Both the position numbers and the translations under genes were made by a program. Source: Schizochytrium sp. TIO01 (taxonomy: Eukaryota > Protista > Bigyra: Labyrinthulomycetes). From it: DNA of 64,000 bases. Below the pieces are notes generated by a model. That model had not been told where the DNA came from. It worked only from the letters and a program-made list of their open reading frames with translations, and searched no databases. This document shows, in pieces, positions 1-14,280 of the stretch. The stretch lies in NCBI GenBank assembly GCA_004764695.1, contig SMSO01000031.1, forward strand, positions 6,368,761-6,432,760, given 5' to 3'. Position 1 is the stretch's first letter; each line of letters begins with the position of its first letter.

Positions 1-3000
1 TTCAATTAGTCGAAGTTCCCTCGCCTCGATTGGACCGGGAAGGCCAACCCGTGTCCATCGCTAACAACTCATTTGACGAAGAGGAAGATCAACGAGAAAA
101 GCACACGCGGGCCAAGAAGTGGTGTAGGTTTAAAGCTTCTTTGCACAGTTTTTGTACTTGAGTGGCTGTGAGTATTTTTATGTTTATTAAAGTATTCAAT
201 GGTGGGCAAGTCGGAGCCTGAGGCCAGTGGATGACCGGCAAGAAGAATGATGGGTTGCAAGCTAGTTTCGCTATTAGAGCGTTAGGGCGCAAGATGTCGC
301 GCTATCACATGCTTTGTAAGGAGGTTCTACCACCTACTCGCAGGAAACTATGGGCGTGTGTGTTTTCCTCAGAGTGCCTTTGGATCAGGACTGTTATCAG
401 GCTGACCCACTCACTGCATCAAAAGATTGCTTCCATTCATTAATTGAATGAGGGAATTGATTCAGAGTTCAATTTCCGGCTACCGTCATGGCCAATCTTA
501 TATCTTCTTCGAGTCCTTCGATCTTTTCCTTCAGGAGATATTCATCGCGCACGCTCTAAATTGCTGTATATACTCACTCGTAAACTGTTGAGCTTCAAAG
601 TAGTGGTCACGAAAGAACTTCATCTAGGGTGGTGTGGCATTCTACAAGTACATGGTTCTATACGAGCACAGTGTCCAGGTGAAAGTGGTACTAGAATCAT
701 AATTTAAGCTGGTCCAATCAACTTTAGGCAACAAGATGATTGGGTAAGGAAGCAATACTTGATGGTCGTATGCCGCGACAATAGTATTGATCTTACGCTA
801 TACTGCAGAAATGACTAGGCCGGAAAGGATTGTGTATGATGGCTGGCCAAGAAATAGCTACACCACGGGTATAGTTACGAAAGTATGCTGATGACGAGCA
901 ATCGAGGCACGCTGGACGTACGAAACATCTTTAAGTCACTGGCGCTCAGTCATTACATGTTTGGATTCGGAGATACATATCCGATGCAAGATCGATTGCC
1001 TCACGTGGCCCACCACCATTTGACCTTACCTCACCTGCATGCGTGTTCTCTGGATTCGGAACCACTAATGAACTTAAATAAGAGTGTCTCCTTGAGGACT
1101 TTACTGACAAGTAAGGTTGCCTTGTTATAAACTTTTCAATGTTTTTAGCTAGAGTCCCTGCAAGACAATGCCGCTAGCCTTGGATATTGATGAAAACATT
1201 ATCCTTGACGCATCTTCGCAACGACAATCTAAATTGAAGATGGGTTTAATATTTTTATTATATATAAAATCGGACACATTCTGTTTCTTTTTCGGAAGGA
1301 TCATGATGTCTTCAATTCTTAATTTTTTCATGTTAATATAAAAAAAAATAAAAATTAAAAATGTTAATAATTTAAGAAAAAGAACATCTATGTTAAAATC
1401 ATCCTAACCATTCATGATTCCAGAATCTGATCGTAGTTTCATCGCAGATATCGAGATTCGCTTCTACCGCAAGCTAGGTAAGGACCGAATATCGCTACCA
1501 TTGAACGCGGCACGTGCAGAGAGCTTTTGCATCAGCCGCCACTATTCATGGTTGAGGAATAGATATTTATGAGCCTGATTGATCATGTTGACCTCGTTAA
1601 CCTGAGCGATTATTTAGGCTTTAACTATTTTGACCAAATTCTTCTGACTACCCTCAAAAAGATAGTAGTAGTTCCGGCTTTGTATCGCGCGAAGCGTCTG
1701 CTTCGATTCGTCATTTTGACATCCACCAATTTTGTAAGTTGCGACTCAGCGTTATATATTATAGATAGGGCCCAAATTGAGCAAGAGCCCACTTTTGTTC
1801 AGAAACCCCTTTTTTCTCACGAAAACGGGAGGGTATTTTCTCAGCATTCTAGGTACTCCTTGATTTCACCACAAAAGCACCTCCATGGAGCTTGTTCTTT
1901 GCACAAAGAAGGCCTCGACCACATAGTCTGCCAGCCCACTTGCATATTAACAATACGATCTTTTTGATAAAGCTAAGCTTGTATCGTAAATATCGTAGTA
2001 AACGCCACTTGAAAGAATTGGATAGAAATTTTGCCAGATCTTGAAATGTCACTGGAGCATCAGAATCGCAAAACAAAGGATTGTCGCTTTGTATGGCATA
2101 AGTGACTACTATATTATGTAGACTGATGCCCACTTCATTAAGAGGTATATTCAAGATTACTCCGTTGTGAACCTGCAACTGGTCAATAAAATTAAGGATA
2201 GTAAGGCACATTAAATGGGTGTAACCAGATTGGATTTGAAACTATATGGTGATGTCCAAAAGATGCAATTGATGAGTGACATGTTCTGACTTGAGCTTTT
2301 ACCTAAGCAATTACAAGGATTGACAAGCGTAGCTTGTCACTGGTGCGAGTAAAGAGGCTGCAAGAACTCTATACCTTGCTTATACTGATGTTTTGGTCTA
2401 CTGCAGAAGAGAATTCAAGACTATACTAGTCAAGTTTCTTATTTAGAAAAATCAAACAAACTCCTCGAAAGGATCATCCGCTACTCTGGGCTTGGTGGGT
2501 TCTGGGCGCCATTTTATAAGCTCAGTAAAAGAGCTCTTGTCTTGTCTCTGTGATTCTTAAATTCACCTGATGCCCACGTCGAAATCTTGATTATCGAAAT
2601 ACAATGTGGACCCGATTACAATTCAATTTAAAACTGGTCGCCCAAGTGTTTATCTGGCTGGTACACCCTTTGTGAAAAGACTAATGCCACGAGAGCGCAT
2701 AAAAGACTTTCGAGCGTTTCGATCGTTTGTTTTGCGGCCTCTTTGCAGAATGCTCCTCGGTGTCATACTTTTGAAACTGTTTTGTCAACCATACCTTATG
2801 ATCTTCCAAGCCCATGCTAAATCAAACTTGAAAGGAAAATAAAAATATAAGAACAAAATTTAGCAGTAAATCATACATCAATCTTCTTTATCACTTAAAA
2901 CTTTTAATATTCTATAATTAAAATAAAAATATTTTACTTTTATTTTTAGAGATGTTCTGATTAATATTATACTGAACTTTATTATGATTAAATTTTTCTT

Positions 3001-6000
3001 GTTATTTTTATTTATTGAGGTTATGAGTTTATCACTTGCATATATGTAATAACATTTATTATTATTTTATTTTTTATAGTAAGCATTTATTTTAAATGCT
3101 AATATATGAAAAAGTAAGATCATTTTCTACTACAAAATCTTACATTTGCATTTGTGTCATTCAACTGCCTGAAGAGGCTAGTAGGTAAGGTAGGTACTAT
3201 GGCATTTCATCCTTTAGAGGTTGCGAGAGTCCAGTTGACAGAAGCATAGGTAGAGAGGTTTACACACACCCCTGCGATCCAACTTCCTTTTCACGAAAAC
3301 TTCCCTCATTCAACTTACTCACCCACACTCAGCAGAGTGCACACCGTTCTTCGTTCGGTTTGCTAATGACATTTGCTAGTTTATAACTACGACTTACTCT
3401 GCCACCACTAACGAAGCACTTAACAGCCACTCTACAATTGCACTTTGTTGCGAATCCACTGATCTCCACCCTGCTGCAATGCTGCCTGCTTATGACTTAC
3501 TAGGCTTAAAATGCAGCCAAGGTCTTCGTATCGCCGAGAAACTGAGTGAAACCAAGATGATACATCGTTCGTGGGACGTGCGCTTCATTCATGGGCCTGT
3601 CGCTTGAGGTTGCCTAGTCTGACTCAGAAAAAGCATCGCTTTGATAAGGCGTGTATGTAAGACCTCATAGTGATCTACCAACTGATGATTAGTCTTACAA
3701 AAACAAAAAGGTGGAGCAGCCACAACTTAACAAGTGTTTCACGCGACTCTAAATGTTCTGACTGACTTTTTCTTCGCGAGATGCGATTAAAGTATGATTT
3801 ATGCTCTTCTTGCCAGGATGCAAAGCCAAAGCATAACAAAACAAACTTAAAAGGCTTAGCCTTTAATGTTTAGTAAACCTACCTAAATGAGTTTTAAAGA
3901 AGCACGGAGCGCTACCAGTGCCAGTAACTACGTATAAACACCCGAAGGACAGGACTTGCTGTTTAATTTTCATCGTCGTCAAGTACTGACTACGTGGTGA
4001 TAGAAGCACATGAAATTGAAGGGCTCGACAAGAATATACTACCTGCAGTATGTTTAGGAATTAGCTTAAGACTTTTCCAGGGTAAACCAGCGGGGTTACG
4101 AAGTGCATGGACATACTATCTCTGGCTCTTGCTTATTGTCCTGTAATACAGCTTAATCCTGTCTAATGATACGAATGATCCGTATGTATCATTCGTTAGA
4201 TTACGTCTTTCAGAGTTGTAAACATATCTGTATAGATCATACTATACGATTGATACTACAAGGTACAGAAGTTCTGGCTTTCAAGAGACGAATGAAGAAA
4301 TACGAGAAGCATGTCGAAGCACCAGATTGCTGATGAAAGTGATTGAATCTCCATCTTCAGGGTGCACTAGCAAGACTTTTGGCAGTCCTACGATCTGTAA
4401 TTGGTTTATTCTGGGAATCGATTGGGCATATGGGTGCAAAGCTCAACTCAATCTACCGGCAGCAACGGCAGTTTTACTTGGAGATCCGGGACTCGAGTGA
4501 GAGAAACCTAAGCGGTTCAATTATTTGCAGCATGCGCAGTTGCTGAAGATAACGAGGTGAAAAGCACTTAACACATACATGTCTTCTGTTGATGTGTTTT
4601 ATCGACCTGCTTAATCGCTGCTTTGGAAGCGCACTTCTTTTCCTATACGATAACTCATGCTCTGCGCAGAGCTAATCTGCCAAACAACGAAATTAGCGCT
4701 TGCGCTGTGGATGTTTGAGAAGTGCGAATTCGCAAGCTGGCATAAACTCTTCGTCTCTAAGTTGATCCGTCCTCGGAAATAGTGGTGTGTATGCGAGCGC
4801 GTGCAGCATCAGAATAGCAACTACTGTAGTAGTTCCTGTAAGAAGCAGCGGAAATAATTTGCGTTAGAATTTATCGGAGCGATGTTTAAGTCATAGGCAT
4901 CTTCTGTTAAGCGGAACTTGGATCTCGGGAGGAGGTAGCAGAAGGGCTCTCTCAGCCCATCTGATACTTGTCTTTGCAGGCTATTTTGCCTCCTCAAACC
5001 TTTCGTGTTTCCATAATTGCCTTTACACCCTTCAACAATCCACGTGTGCGCTAGACTGAACTGGCTCGACGCAATGCTGCATCTGAAGGCCCAAGTCATA
5101 CCTATCTACTCATGCAGAATCAAACATAAGGAGGGAGTCTTCGCGGCATCTTCTCCGAGTTGAAGTGAAGTGTAGTTTCGCAAAGCTGTGCTTTTGGCAG
5201 AAACATTTACCTACCTACCTACCTACCTACCTAACATATCACTTCGAGTTTCACTCTGATTGTGAAGTTTTCATATCATAGCAATCATTAGATCATGAAT
5301 GATTTGGAAAAAGGAAATGAAAGGAAATAATTAATAAAATAAATAGCAAAAGCACGATGATAGAGTCTCCTTATAGCCATTTGCAAGAATTCATAGCACG
5401 TGCCACCTCAACCGTGCTCACCGCCCAGCCAGATTTGAGCTAGTCCCCATTCGTGTCATCGGTCGCACGCTCACCCACTCACATATTCACTCACTCACTC
5501 ACTCACTCACAAGGTATTCTAATAGGATTTCCTTCGCGTGTCCGCTCGATCGCCGGTCTGAAGAGTTCGCGGGCGCTCGCTTAAACGTTTTCTAATAAAC
5601 CATAAAACGATAAGTATGTGTACGAAGGCATTTCTGCGTGCTGCACTGCGAAATGCATTCCAACAATCAACCAGAATGCAGCCATCACTTGAACGCAAAA
5701 CACGCTTAGCCGGGAAAATGTTCCGAGTGATCCAAGTTGGTAAAGCACGATCTGTCGTAGTTTTATACTGTACCAATGATTTCGCTTGCCAAGTGACTCA
5801 GTAAGAAGCCTATTTCGACCAGGCACTAGAGAAAGCCAAAGATTTTACACAATCAAATCGATCGATAACCTCGATTAAGAGATTCAAGCAGGCTTAGGAA
5901 AAGGTTGTTTTAATTTTGACTGAGAATCTATAACCTAGACTGGAAGATACACGTAGGTAGGTACCTGGCTTCGTGATGATCCGCTCTGACTTTGGAAGCC

Positions 6001-9000
6001 ATATAGGCTGGCTTCTTTTTACGAGAAATTCTTGTTTATGCCTTTTAAGAACACCGACCAGGCTAGACGTTTCTGTGTAATTAATCAAAACAACGAAAAT
6101 ACGGATTTCAATTTCTAAAATGTAAATTTTCAGGTATTCGTTTGCTTCAAGCTGGAGGTGTACTGCAAAGTCCTAAATTTAGCAGTTGAATTTAGGCAGC
6201 ATCAGGTACTAGACATAGTACAAGGGATTACAAGCACACTGGTTTGCCAGACTCTCTTTCTAGCTTTTCTTATTTTGTAGCGTCTCATAGGTTAAAGCAT
6301 AGCACTACGCATCCTAAAGAGTGGTGCGCATATTTCTTTAGACGGTTGCAGGATAACTAATTTTAAAAGAAGTTACGTATTGATAATTGGCGTCCTTACC
6401 AGGAAAACGAATGATTAACCACGACAAGAGCTCAGAAAAGGTTCGCTTCCATTTAAATGGATTTTGGAGTTTAATATCTTCAAGCTTGCAAGAGCATATG
6501 CAAGTTCAACGCAATATTCACAGATTCTAGGTTCCCAATTGAATTTGGCACATTAACTTGCTTTTTTATAAGATGTCATCAAGGTGCACGAGGAACCTAA
6601 CATATTTATGCATCCAATTATAAAAGTTGCTTCGGCTCGCAGAAGGCATTAAGGTATTCTCCATTTATAGACAATATGCGCATCATTGAAAAGTCGAGGT
6701 CAAGAGTTGTTTGAAATCGTGTAACCATAGAGTGTTGTGGTAACAAGCAGCTGCGTTCCACATGTACCTTCCCAAAGCCGTTCCAGCACAATACCCTTTA
6801 TAAGCACGATACTAAGAACGGCATCAGTTAACTGCTTTTTATAGAAATCGCAGGTGGTTTCGCTTTGAAGATCTTACTTTATGCCTTTTCTTTTACCTTA
6901 AAATATATATTTATATAAAGCTTTTAATCCATTTGGCTCTAGATTACCAAAACCAAGCTCCTCCTATGGACTACTATCAAGGAAGAAAACTGATGGAAAG
7001 ATTTGAAGTAAAGTATCAGCTACCATTTACGAAGATAACCTCTATTCCGTATGGACAATGAAAGGCTGCCTCAAACAATTCAGACGTGCTTCATATCCAG
7101 ACTCTGAGGCCCTAAAAATTGATTTCCTGTTTCGATTTGGCAGCACTACCATGAGAAACCCTGTATTCTACTGCCGCTGTACTTGCAACGCATAATTATG
7201 CGCAAGGGCAAATGAGAATCGCCAACTTCAACTTTCAAGCCTAGTCGACCATCGCTTTCTGCTCGTAGCGTATAAGCTCGTGAAAGTCTGATCCATCCTA
7301 ATCTCATTGCGGGTTTAAGATATTTGGTGTGAATTCAAAACTACCTAAGCTCACTCTTAATTCTGGGCTCGGCGCCGCAACGCAAGGCTGAGAATTATTA
7401 TCATCTATAGACATATAATTTTATTTTTTTAATAAAATTTCTAAAGTTAATAATATTATTCTAACTATTACTTTAGTAATATTATCTTTTTATTAATAAT
7501 AAAAATACATGGAAATTATGATATGATGCTATTCTTCAAATCACCACTACCTTGCTACAATCTTGGAGATACTTAGAACGCACGACCTGAATACATGCCT
7601 ACTCCTCCAGGTTATGACTACCAATAGGAACTCTCTTGTAAGCAAGCGCAAGCTCACGTAAATAGCAGCGAAAGTATCAAGTTGCTTTCGATGCTCATCA
7701 TCGAGTCGTCATCTGCAATTCCACCTTGATCCAAAGATCCCAAAAGTGCCAAAGTGCAATCAAAGACTTCGTGAACTTTATAAATGTGTAAGTGCCGCTA
7801 GCACTCGCTATTTTGCGCGCCATCGTTGTCATATAGCAATGCGCTAGGCACTTCTAACGCTTGAGTCATTCTGAATGATGTAATAATGCTGTTCACCGTC
7901 AGTCCTGGCGCGTGGGATTCTGAAAACCTCAAGCTTGTCTGAATTTCCGGGCTGCAGCAGAGGGTATAATCAACGCTTTGGCACGGCTTTTGCTCGCCGC
8001 CAGGAGAATAGTTCAACGCATTTTGCACAGCACCGGAAGGGCTCGAAAAGTACGAAGCTTGATGAACATAAAAGTAGTCCTCGAGGAAGATCTCAAGATA
8101 GATAAACGGAAGCAATACTGGGTCCATAGAAGCTGTTGATCTTGAAGGAAGGATTGCAAGGTCGGTCGATGGCGCTTTTAGTACACCTCCGCCAAGCATG
8201 CGGCAGCGTCGAATTATACCATGATAACTAATTAATAACTAATCGTTGCACACCCTCGCTAACTTGCTGGCTTATCCATGATTCTTTTTATTTTATTTTA
8301 TTTTCATATTCCTTTTTCGGAGTTTTTTTTTGTTAATTTGATTTAGTTTTTTAATTGATCATGATCTTCAAGCTCAGCAAAGCAACTTTCAAGGAATGGC
8401 TGGCGTTTCATCTGGTTATGAGATTTTCCAATTAGAACGGCCCGATGGAAGCATTGGAAAGGGGAACTTGAAAAGGGGTTAAATGCGTTTGATTGTTCAC
8501 TAGGCATCACCTTTCAGAGTTCCGTTCGAATTTGATTCGATTTTTATTTTTAATATGTTGTTTTTGAATTAAAATAGTGTATCTGTTTTCAAACATTTTT
8601 TTTAAATGCGACTTATCAATTACTGGTGGTTGCTTCTTGAACAAATATAAATAAATGCTAGGGGAAATGGAAATAAACATATGCAGTAAAAATCGTAGTG
8701 TTAAAAGTTGACAGAACCTCGCTCGTCGGGGCAAACCGTTTGGTAGCACGCAGCAGACGGAAGTTCAGGTGTTCCGTTTGAGCAAAACATTTGCGGTCAT
8801 TGGAATCTAACGAGCCACGTTCCTGGACAAAAGAGGCCCTGGCAAGAAACAAATTACAGCTTTAAACTTAAGTTTAAGCATCCATCATGGAATCATGGAA
8901 AGACAAGAAATAATGGCGCGACACCCCGCTTCTATGTGTGGCTTTCTTTCCATGGTAGATGTTCGGGTTATCTTCAGCTAGTTATACTTCCAAGGTATGC

Positions 9001-11428
9001 ATAGATCATGATGATATTCCCTCGTTGGAAAATTCAGGTTCGAGTCTTTGTTGCAAACGCTTTGTTCGAGCTTGAGCTCAAGACGGAGTACCTCTGTCTC
9101 ACTGTGATCCGGCTATTTATCGCCTATGAAAGAGCTCGTACACCCTATCAAATCAAATCAGAATTAACAACGCTTGCGCTTTGAGATGATCTCTGGAATA
9201 CGGACGCCTCGCTAGAGCGAGTGAGCGCGTGACTTTGGGGAAACATCAACATCGAGAGAAACCTTTCGAAACGAGAATGAGTGCCAAGTAGTTAGTTACA
9301 CTAAGATTCGCCTTGCTGCTGCAGTACAAAGGTATGTAGAAGGCACCATGCTCCACTTTCATCGTTTATCGCCATTCCTGCAGCAACTTGAGAGCTTTTG
9401 AGCACTGTGAAAAACAACTTGAAATGACTGCATAGTTTGAAAGGCTATTCCTAAATTCATCCATACGTCAGCTCGTGCACCTGTTATGAACAGTGGCATT
9501 TCAGGTTTTAGTGGACGGTCGTAGAAATACAGTATCGCAACGAATAGCGGCGGCGAGAATGATTAATCGTGAAGTGTCACGTACCTAGGTAGTGGCAGTA
9601 GTAGAAGAACTATTGTGGATCGAATCACAGAAAGCTCACTCGATGGAGGTGATTGCCCCTAATGAAATTGGGAACAAGTATAAGAGTACGCCTCGCTTCC
9701 CACTTCTGCAAGCACTTCCCTCGCCGGGTTGACTGACCGCGATACTGCTGGCAAATCAACCTTCCCGAGGACAAGGAACTGACTTGCGGCTCGCACTCCG
9801 ACCACGCGGGATCGACCTTTTTACCGACCCACTCGAGCTCGAGCTCGCGATGCCGTCTGCTAGTTGATTATATATTTTATTGCATGCGCTGCTGCTGCAA
9901 CAACACGTGCTCCCTCGCACAAATAAATGTTTAATCTCTATGTCAACTCTAACTATAGAAGAATAAAATGAAATAAAATAACATACTTCTCATATTTCGT
10001 ATATTCATTCTCCTTTAGTATTTACTCTTTCTTTCATACCTTATACTAGGCACTATCTACTCTAAATTATATATATATTTTTTAATAATGAGGAAAGAGT
10101 CAAGTTTTGATATGTTATCAGATAGCTTGGCAAAACGTTAGAAATTCCGCACCGCTGTTGGCCGTGCATGATAGATTAGGTGATTAATGTGAATCAAGAT
10201 ACTGTTTCGAGTGGCTATGAATAACAATAATCATAAACGTTTTCTTCCTAGTTCTTTGCTTGCTTACAACCTCATCGTAGATTCCCCGTTGAAATCAGAA
10301 AAAACAATCAGCTAGAAGATTCATAAATCAAGTTGTTGGGGTGACATTATTATTTATTTTTTTTAAATAAAATCCTTCCCTTTTTTCCCCCCTTTTTTTT
10401 TTTTTTTTTTTTCTTTTTTTCAAGCATAAAAGTAAATTGTAAACCTGTCTAACCATCAAGACTTGAAACCTAGCCCACTCGTGACTTTTGCCGTGTCGAA
10501 GGCCCCAACCTAAACCTTGAAGGATCTCAAGGCTGCTTTTTAGCTAACTTCGAGTCTCTTTTATATTTTTCTATAACAAGTCAATAGACCTGCAGCAACT
10601 CTCTCCTTAGTTAATTTCATTTAGGCGCTGAAAACAGAGTAGATAGATTCATTCTCTTCTCCCTCATTTTGTCGACCCCATTCACTTTCTTTATTCTGCA
10701 TGGGAAACTTTCTAAAATACCTCAAAATAAAATGTTTCTCGAATCGCCACCAGGGTGATTTACTGTAGACACTATCGCATATCCTAGGACTATATTTTCA
10801 AGAAAGAGAATGGACGTAAAGATTTTGAAACTAATACTTTTTTTAAGTTGTATCTATATAACACTACTGGGGTAGTAGCACTTGGGCACGCTCTGCACGC
10901 GCTCAAGTATTTGTTTATACATTTATTCTCAAAAAACATTTTTAAAAAACAAAAAACAAAAAACATTGAAGAAGCGCAAGGAACTACGGATACCTGCGTC
11001 ACTTTTAAAGTTTGGAAAAGAAGCTTTCAGGTCTACCGAGGACTATCTCGAAGACGGAACCTTGGTCGCAAACCCCAAACAAGATCAACTTGTTGGCCAT
11101 CTGTGCACCACCAGGCTAGCACCCAACACAAACTCGTTGACTGTCTGTCTGTCTATCTATCTGTAGACCACAGAAAAAAGAATCAACGGTAGTAGTCCTT
11201 GAGCATACATAGGAATAAAACATTTTTTGTCTGCTACCAGCTAACAAAACCGGCATTGCACGTGCAAGGCAAACCAACAAACAACAAAAGCAAAACCCAA
11301 ACTAGCAGAGAGGCGAAGAGAGAGAGAGAGCTCTCTTAGCCCTCAAGGCACATATTATATCTATATATATATAGTACACAGATACTCCCAAGCAGGGACC
11401 GACGTCGTGCCGGTGCACCCTAGCTACG

Positions 11429-13684
11429 ATGGGAACTACAACACCCCAGATGGCAGCCGCGGAATGGGATCTCCAGGATTCTCTTGTGTCTGATGCCGAA
11501 GCACGCCAAGCTCGTGTGGATGCTTTACGCATTAAGTTTCGTGTGCGCATTGCGTTCTACGCCATTGCTTCCGCAGCGGTCATCTGTGTAAGCCAACTTG
11601 GACTATTGGGATCAAGTAACAACAAGATTCAACAGCAACAGTCTTACAATGCGTATAATAATCCCATGGATGTCTTCATTGAGCGTCGTGCGCTTGGTGG
11701 TACAACTACATCTGATTGTCAGGACGATGCAGACATGCTTGCATTTTGCACAGTGAACGGCACATTTGTCTGCACAGGAAGCAGTGAGTACACCATGGTG
11801 TGCTGTCGTAACGACAACGAATGCCGCACCTACGAAGATGACATTTGCGCAGAATCAGAGATCTGCAATGCTGAGCTGAAGCCTGCTGGAAACGGCTATG
11901 GTGAGTGCATGGATTACTGGGAGACCCACGGAGGTACTGCAGCATACATTATCATTATGTTTTACCTCTTCTTTGGCCTCGGTCTTGTATGTGATGGATA
12001 CTTTGTTGCCTCCCTTGAGCGAATTAGTGTAGCTCTTAAACTTCCTGAGGATGTTGCAGGTGCCACATTCTTAGCTGCCGGTAGTAGTTCTCCCGAGCTT
12101 TTTGTTGCTCTCTCTGATAACGTTATCTCAAACCCCCCCAAGAACGTTGGTGTTGGAACTATTGTTGGTTCTGCCATCTTTAACATTTGCATGATCATCG
12201 GTCTTTCTGCGCTTCTCGCGAGAGAAACTCTGCAACTTGATTGGCGTCCGATTCTCCGCGATGTATTCTTCTATGTGGTCAGTATCATTGCTCTCATTCT
12301 TGTGATTCTCGACAGTGAGGCACAGTGGTACGAGGGTCTCATCTTCCTTGTCATCTATGCTTTCTACGTTGCTACGATGGCTCTCAACCGCCACGTACTT
12401 GCATGGATGGACCGTACGTTTACTTTTGGTATCAAGAGGCCTGCAGACTCTTCTATTGTTTCTTCAAGCGCGGAAGACGATGCCGAGACTGAGGCTAACA
12501 AGAATGCCGAAGACGCCGAAGCAGCGATTACTCCCATGGAACGCTCTCAGCACCGCGCTGTGTTCCAAGAGGCTGCCGAGGCAGCCCATACACCCAAGAA
12601 CCGTGCGCTTCACCGCGATGTTGCTTCTTCTGCTGCTCGTGCTGCCCGCAATGACCTCGGCTCTTCCTACGATGGTAGTATCCGCTTCGCAGCCGACGAG
12701 GAGTCTTACAATGCTCTCTTTCTCAGTCGTAACCGTGCTTTCAACAACAACCGTCATTCCATTCGCCGGCGTGAGTCTGCGAAGCGCTCCAAGATGACCT
12801 CCAAACTTACGAGTATTGGCCCGAACCCGTACGGTGGCGACCCATCGCTGACCCACCACAACTCCATGAACTCTCACGCCAGTAATGTGGTGGATGGCTC
12901 GGGTCGTTCAAAGAGTATTGTTAGTGAAAACCCATTGCGCACTTCTGAGCCCCGTGAACATAGTTCCATGTCAGAGACGTCCTCTACGAAAGAGGGTTAC
13001 TGGGATGTGCTCAAGTGGCCTACTGTCGAAGATGACGATGGCGAGCTCAACTGCTTCCAGCGTTACTGCTGTGGTGGTTGTCGTTTATGGCTGTCTCGAG
13101 TTTACTTCATCATAGGATTCCCGTACCAACTCCTTTTCCGTATTACTATCCCCGACTGTGCCTTTGATGTATTTCACGAGGACAAGGCTGGGCAGCCTGA
13201 GAATCGTCGCATTGCTTATACCTCCGCCTTCGCCTGTGCCGTTATTTGGGTTGCTGCTCTTTCCTACGTACTTTCCTGGTCTGCACAGAAGTTTGGTTGC
13301 ACTGTTGGTATTTCCTCATCTGCTATGGGGCTGACCTTCTTAGCAGCTGGTACAAGTTTCCCTGACTGCATTTCTTCAATCATCGTCGCGCGTCAGGGCC
13401 AGGGCAGTATGGCAGTGGCCAACTCAATCGGTAGCAACAACTTTGATATCCTTGTTGGCCTTGGAATTCCATGGTTTCTTGCTGGACTTATTTACAAGAC
13501 TCCCTCTGGCGTCGACACTTCGGACGTGACCACTGGTGTCTCCTTCATGTTTGCCGTTCTTGTGGTTCTTCTCATTGTTCTTCGCATTACGCGCTGGAAG
13601 CTCAACAAGTTCCTGGGATCTATTCTTGTCGTTTTGTACATTCTCTACTTCATCTTTGAGCTTGCTATCTACCCGCTTATTTGA
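11429..13684 (+). CDS. K+-dependent Na+/Ca2+ exchanger (NCKX/SLC24 family, CaCA superfamily)
   Basis: 751 aa intronless ORF. Alpha-1 repeat GATFLAAGSSSPELF, alpha-2 repeat GLTFLAAGTSFPD and ANSIGSNNFDIL (the Asp is typical of NCKX). Two TM clusters are separated by a long hydrophilic loop. Confidence 0.95.
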   Translation: MGTTTPQMAAAEWDLQDSLVSDAEARQARVDALRIKFRVRIAFYAIASAAVICVSQLGLLGSSNNKIQQQQSYNAYNNPMDVFIERRALGGTTTSDCQDDADMLAFCTVNGTFVCTGSSEYTMVCCRNDNECRTYEDDICAESEICNAELKPAGNGYGECMDYWETHGGTAAYIIIMFYLFFGLGLVCDGYFVASLERISVALKLPEDVAGATFLAAGSSSPELFVALSDNVISNPPKNVGVGTIVGSAIFNICMIIGLSALLARETLQLDWRPILRDVFFYVVSIIALILVILDSEAQWYEGLIFLVIYAFYVATMALNRHVLAWMDRTFTFGIKRPADSSIVSSSAEDDAETEANKNAEDAEAAITPMERSQHRAVFQEAAEAAHTPKNRALHRDVASSAARAARNDLGSSYDGSIRFAADEESYNALFLSRNRAFNNNRHSIRRRESAKRSKMTSKLTSIGPNPYGGDPSLTHHNSMNSHASNVVDGSGRSKSIVSENPLRTSEPREHSSMSETSSTKEGYWDVLKWPTVEDDDGELNCFQRYCCGGCRLWLSRVYFIIGFPYQLLFRITIPDCAFDVFHEDKAGQPENRRIAYTSAFACAVIWVAALSYVLSWSAQKFGCTVGISSSAMGLTFLAAGTSFPDCISSIIVARQGQGSMAVANSIGSNNFDILVGLGIPWFLAGLIYKTPSGVDTSDVTTGVSFMFAVLVVLLIVLRITRWKLNKFLGSILVVLYILYFIFELAIYPLI

Positions 13685-14280
13685 CCATAGAAACGAAGTA
13701 GCTAGATATCGACACTCATTCTAATAATATCATTTAATTGTTTGTCTCATTTTCAATTCATTGTGAAGGATTCATTTTCGTTGCTCAAGTTTTGACGATA
13801 TATCTTGGGTTGTGCTTTCACAAAGACTCTTTTCTTCCAGACCATTATGAATGCCCAGTAAAGCACTTTGAGTATATTCCCGCAACAATCCAATTAACAT
13901 AGCTTGTCTGCCCTTTCCCGACACGAATTTGTAGCTTGTCAGGAAGAAGCATGAACCCGATAAGAAAGTGGTGAGAGATATGATTAGCTCCATAATGTTA
14001 AATACATGTAAAATCACTTTTAACTCGGTTATTTAGAGAGAGAAGCCCCATATTGAATGTCAAGCAGCATACCGGTTAGCGAGCTCAATCTTGGCATTTT
14101 TGTTGCAAAGGATCTTCCTACTAGTTACTATGAATTTGTGCAACTAAAATAAGCAAACTCAACAGAACCATGCTTTGCTTATCTCTAAGTGAAATTTGTA
14201 ATCTTCCTCTTTGCGGCTTAGATTTACCACTTAAAGATGGGTGGCTGGGTTGAGAAAACGCCATCACTTATTCAAATACC

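Noticed and set aside
7798-8199. 133 aa minus ORF; a neighbouring frame has SWRRAKAVPK, faintly like LINE reverse transcriptase
   Set aside because: No further RT motifs (e.g. YADD) were found nearby; too weak to call.
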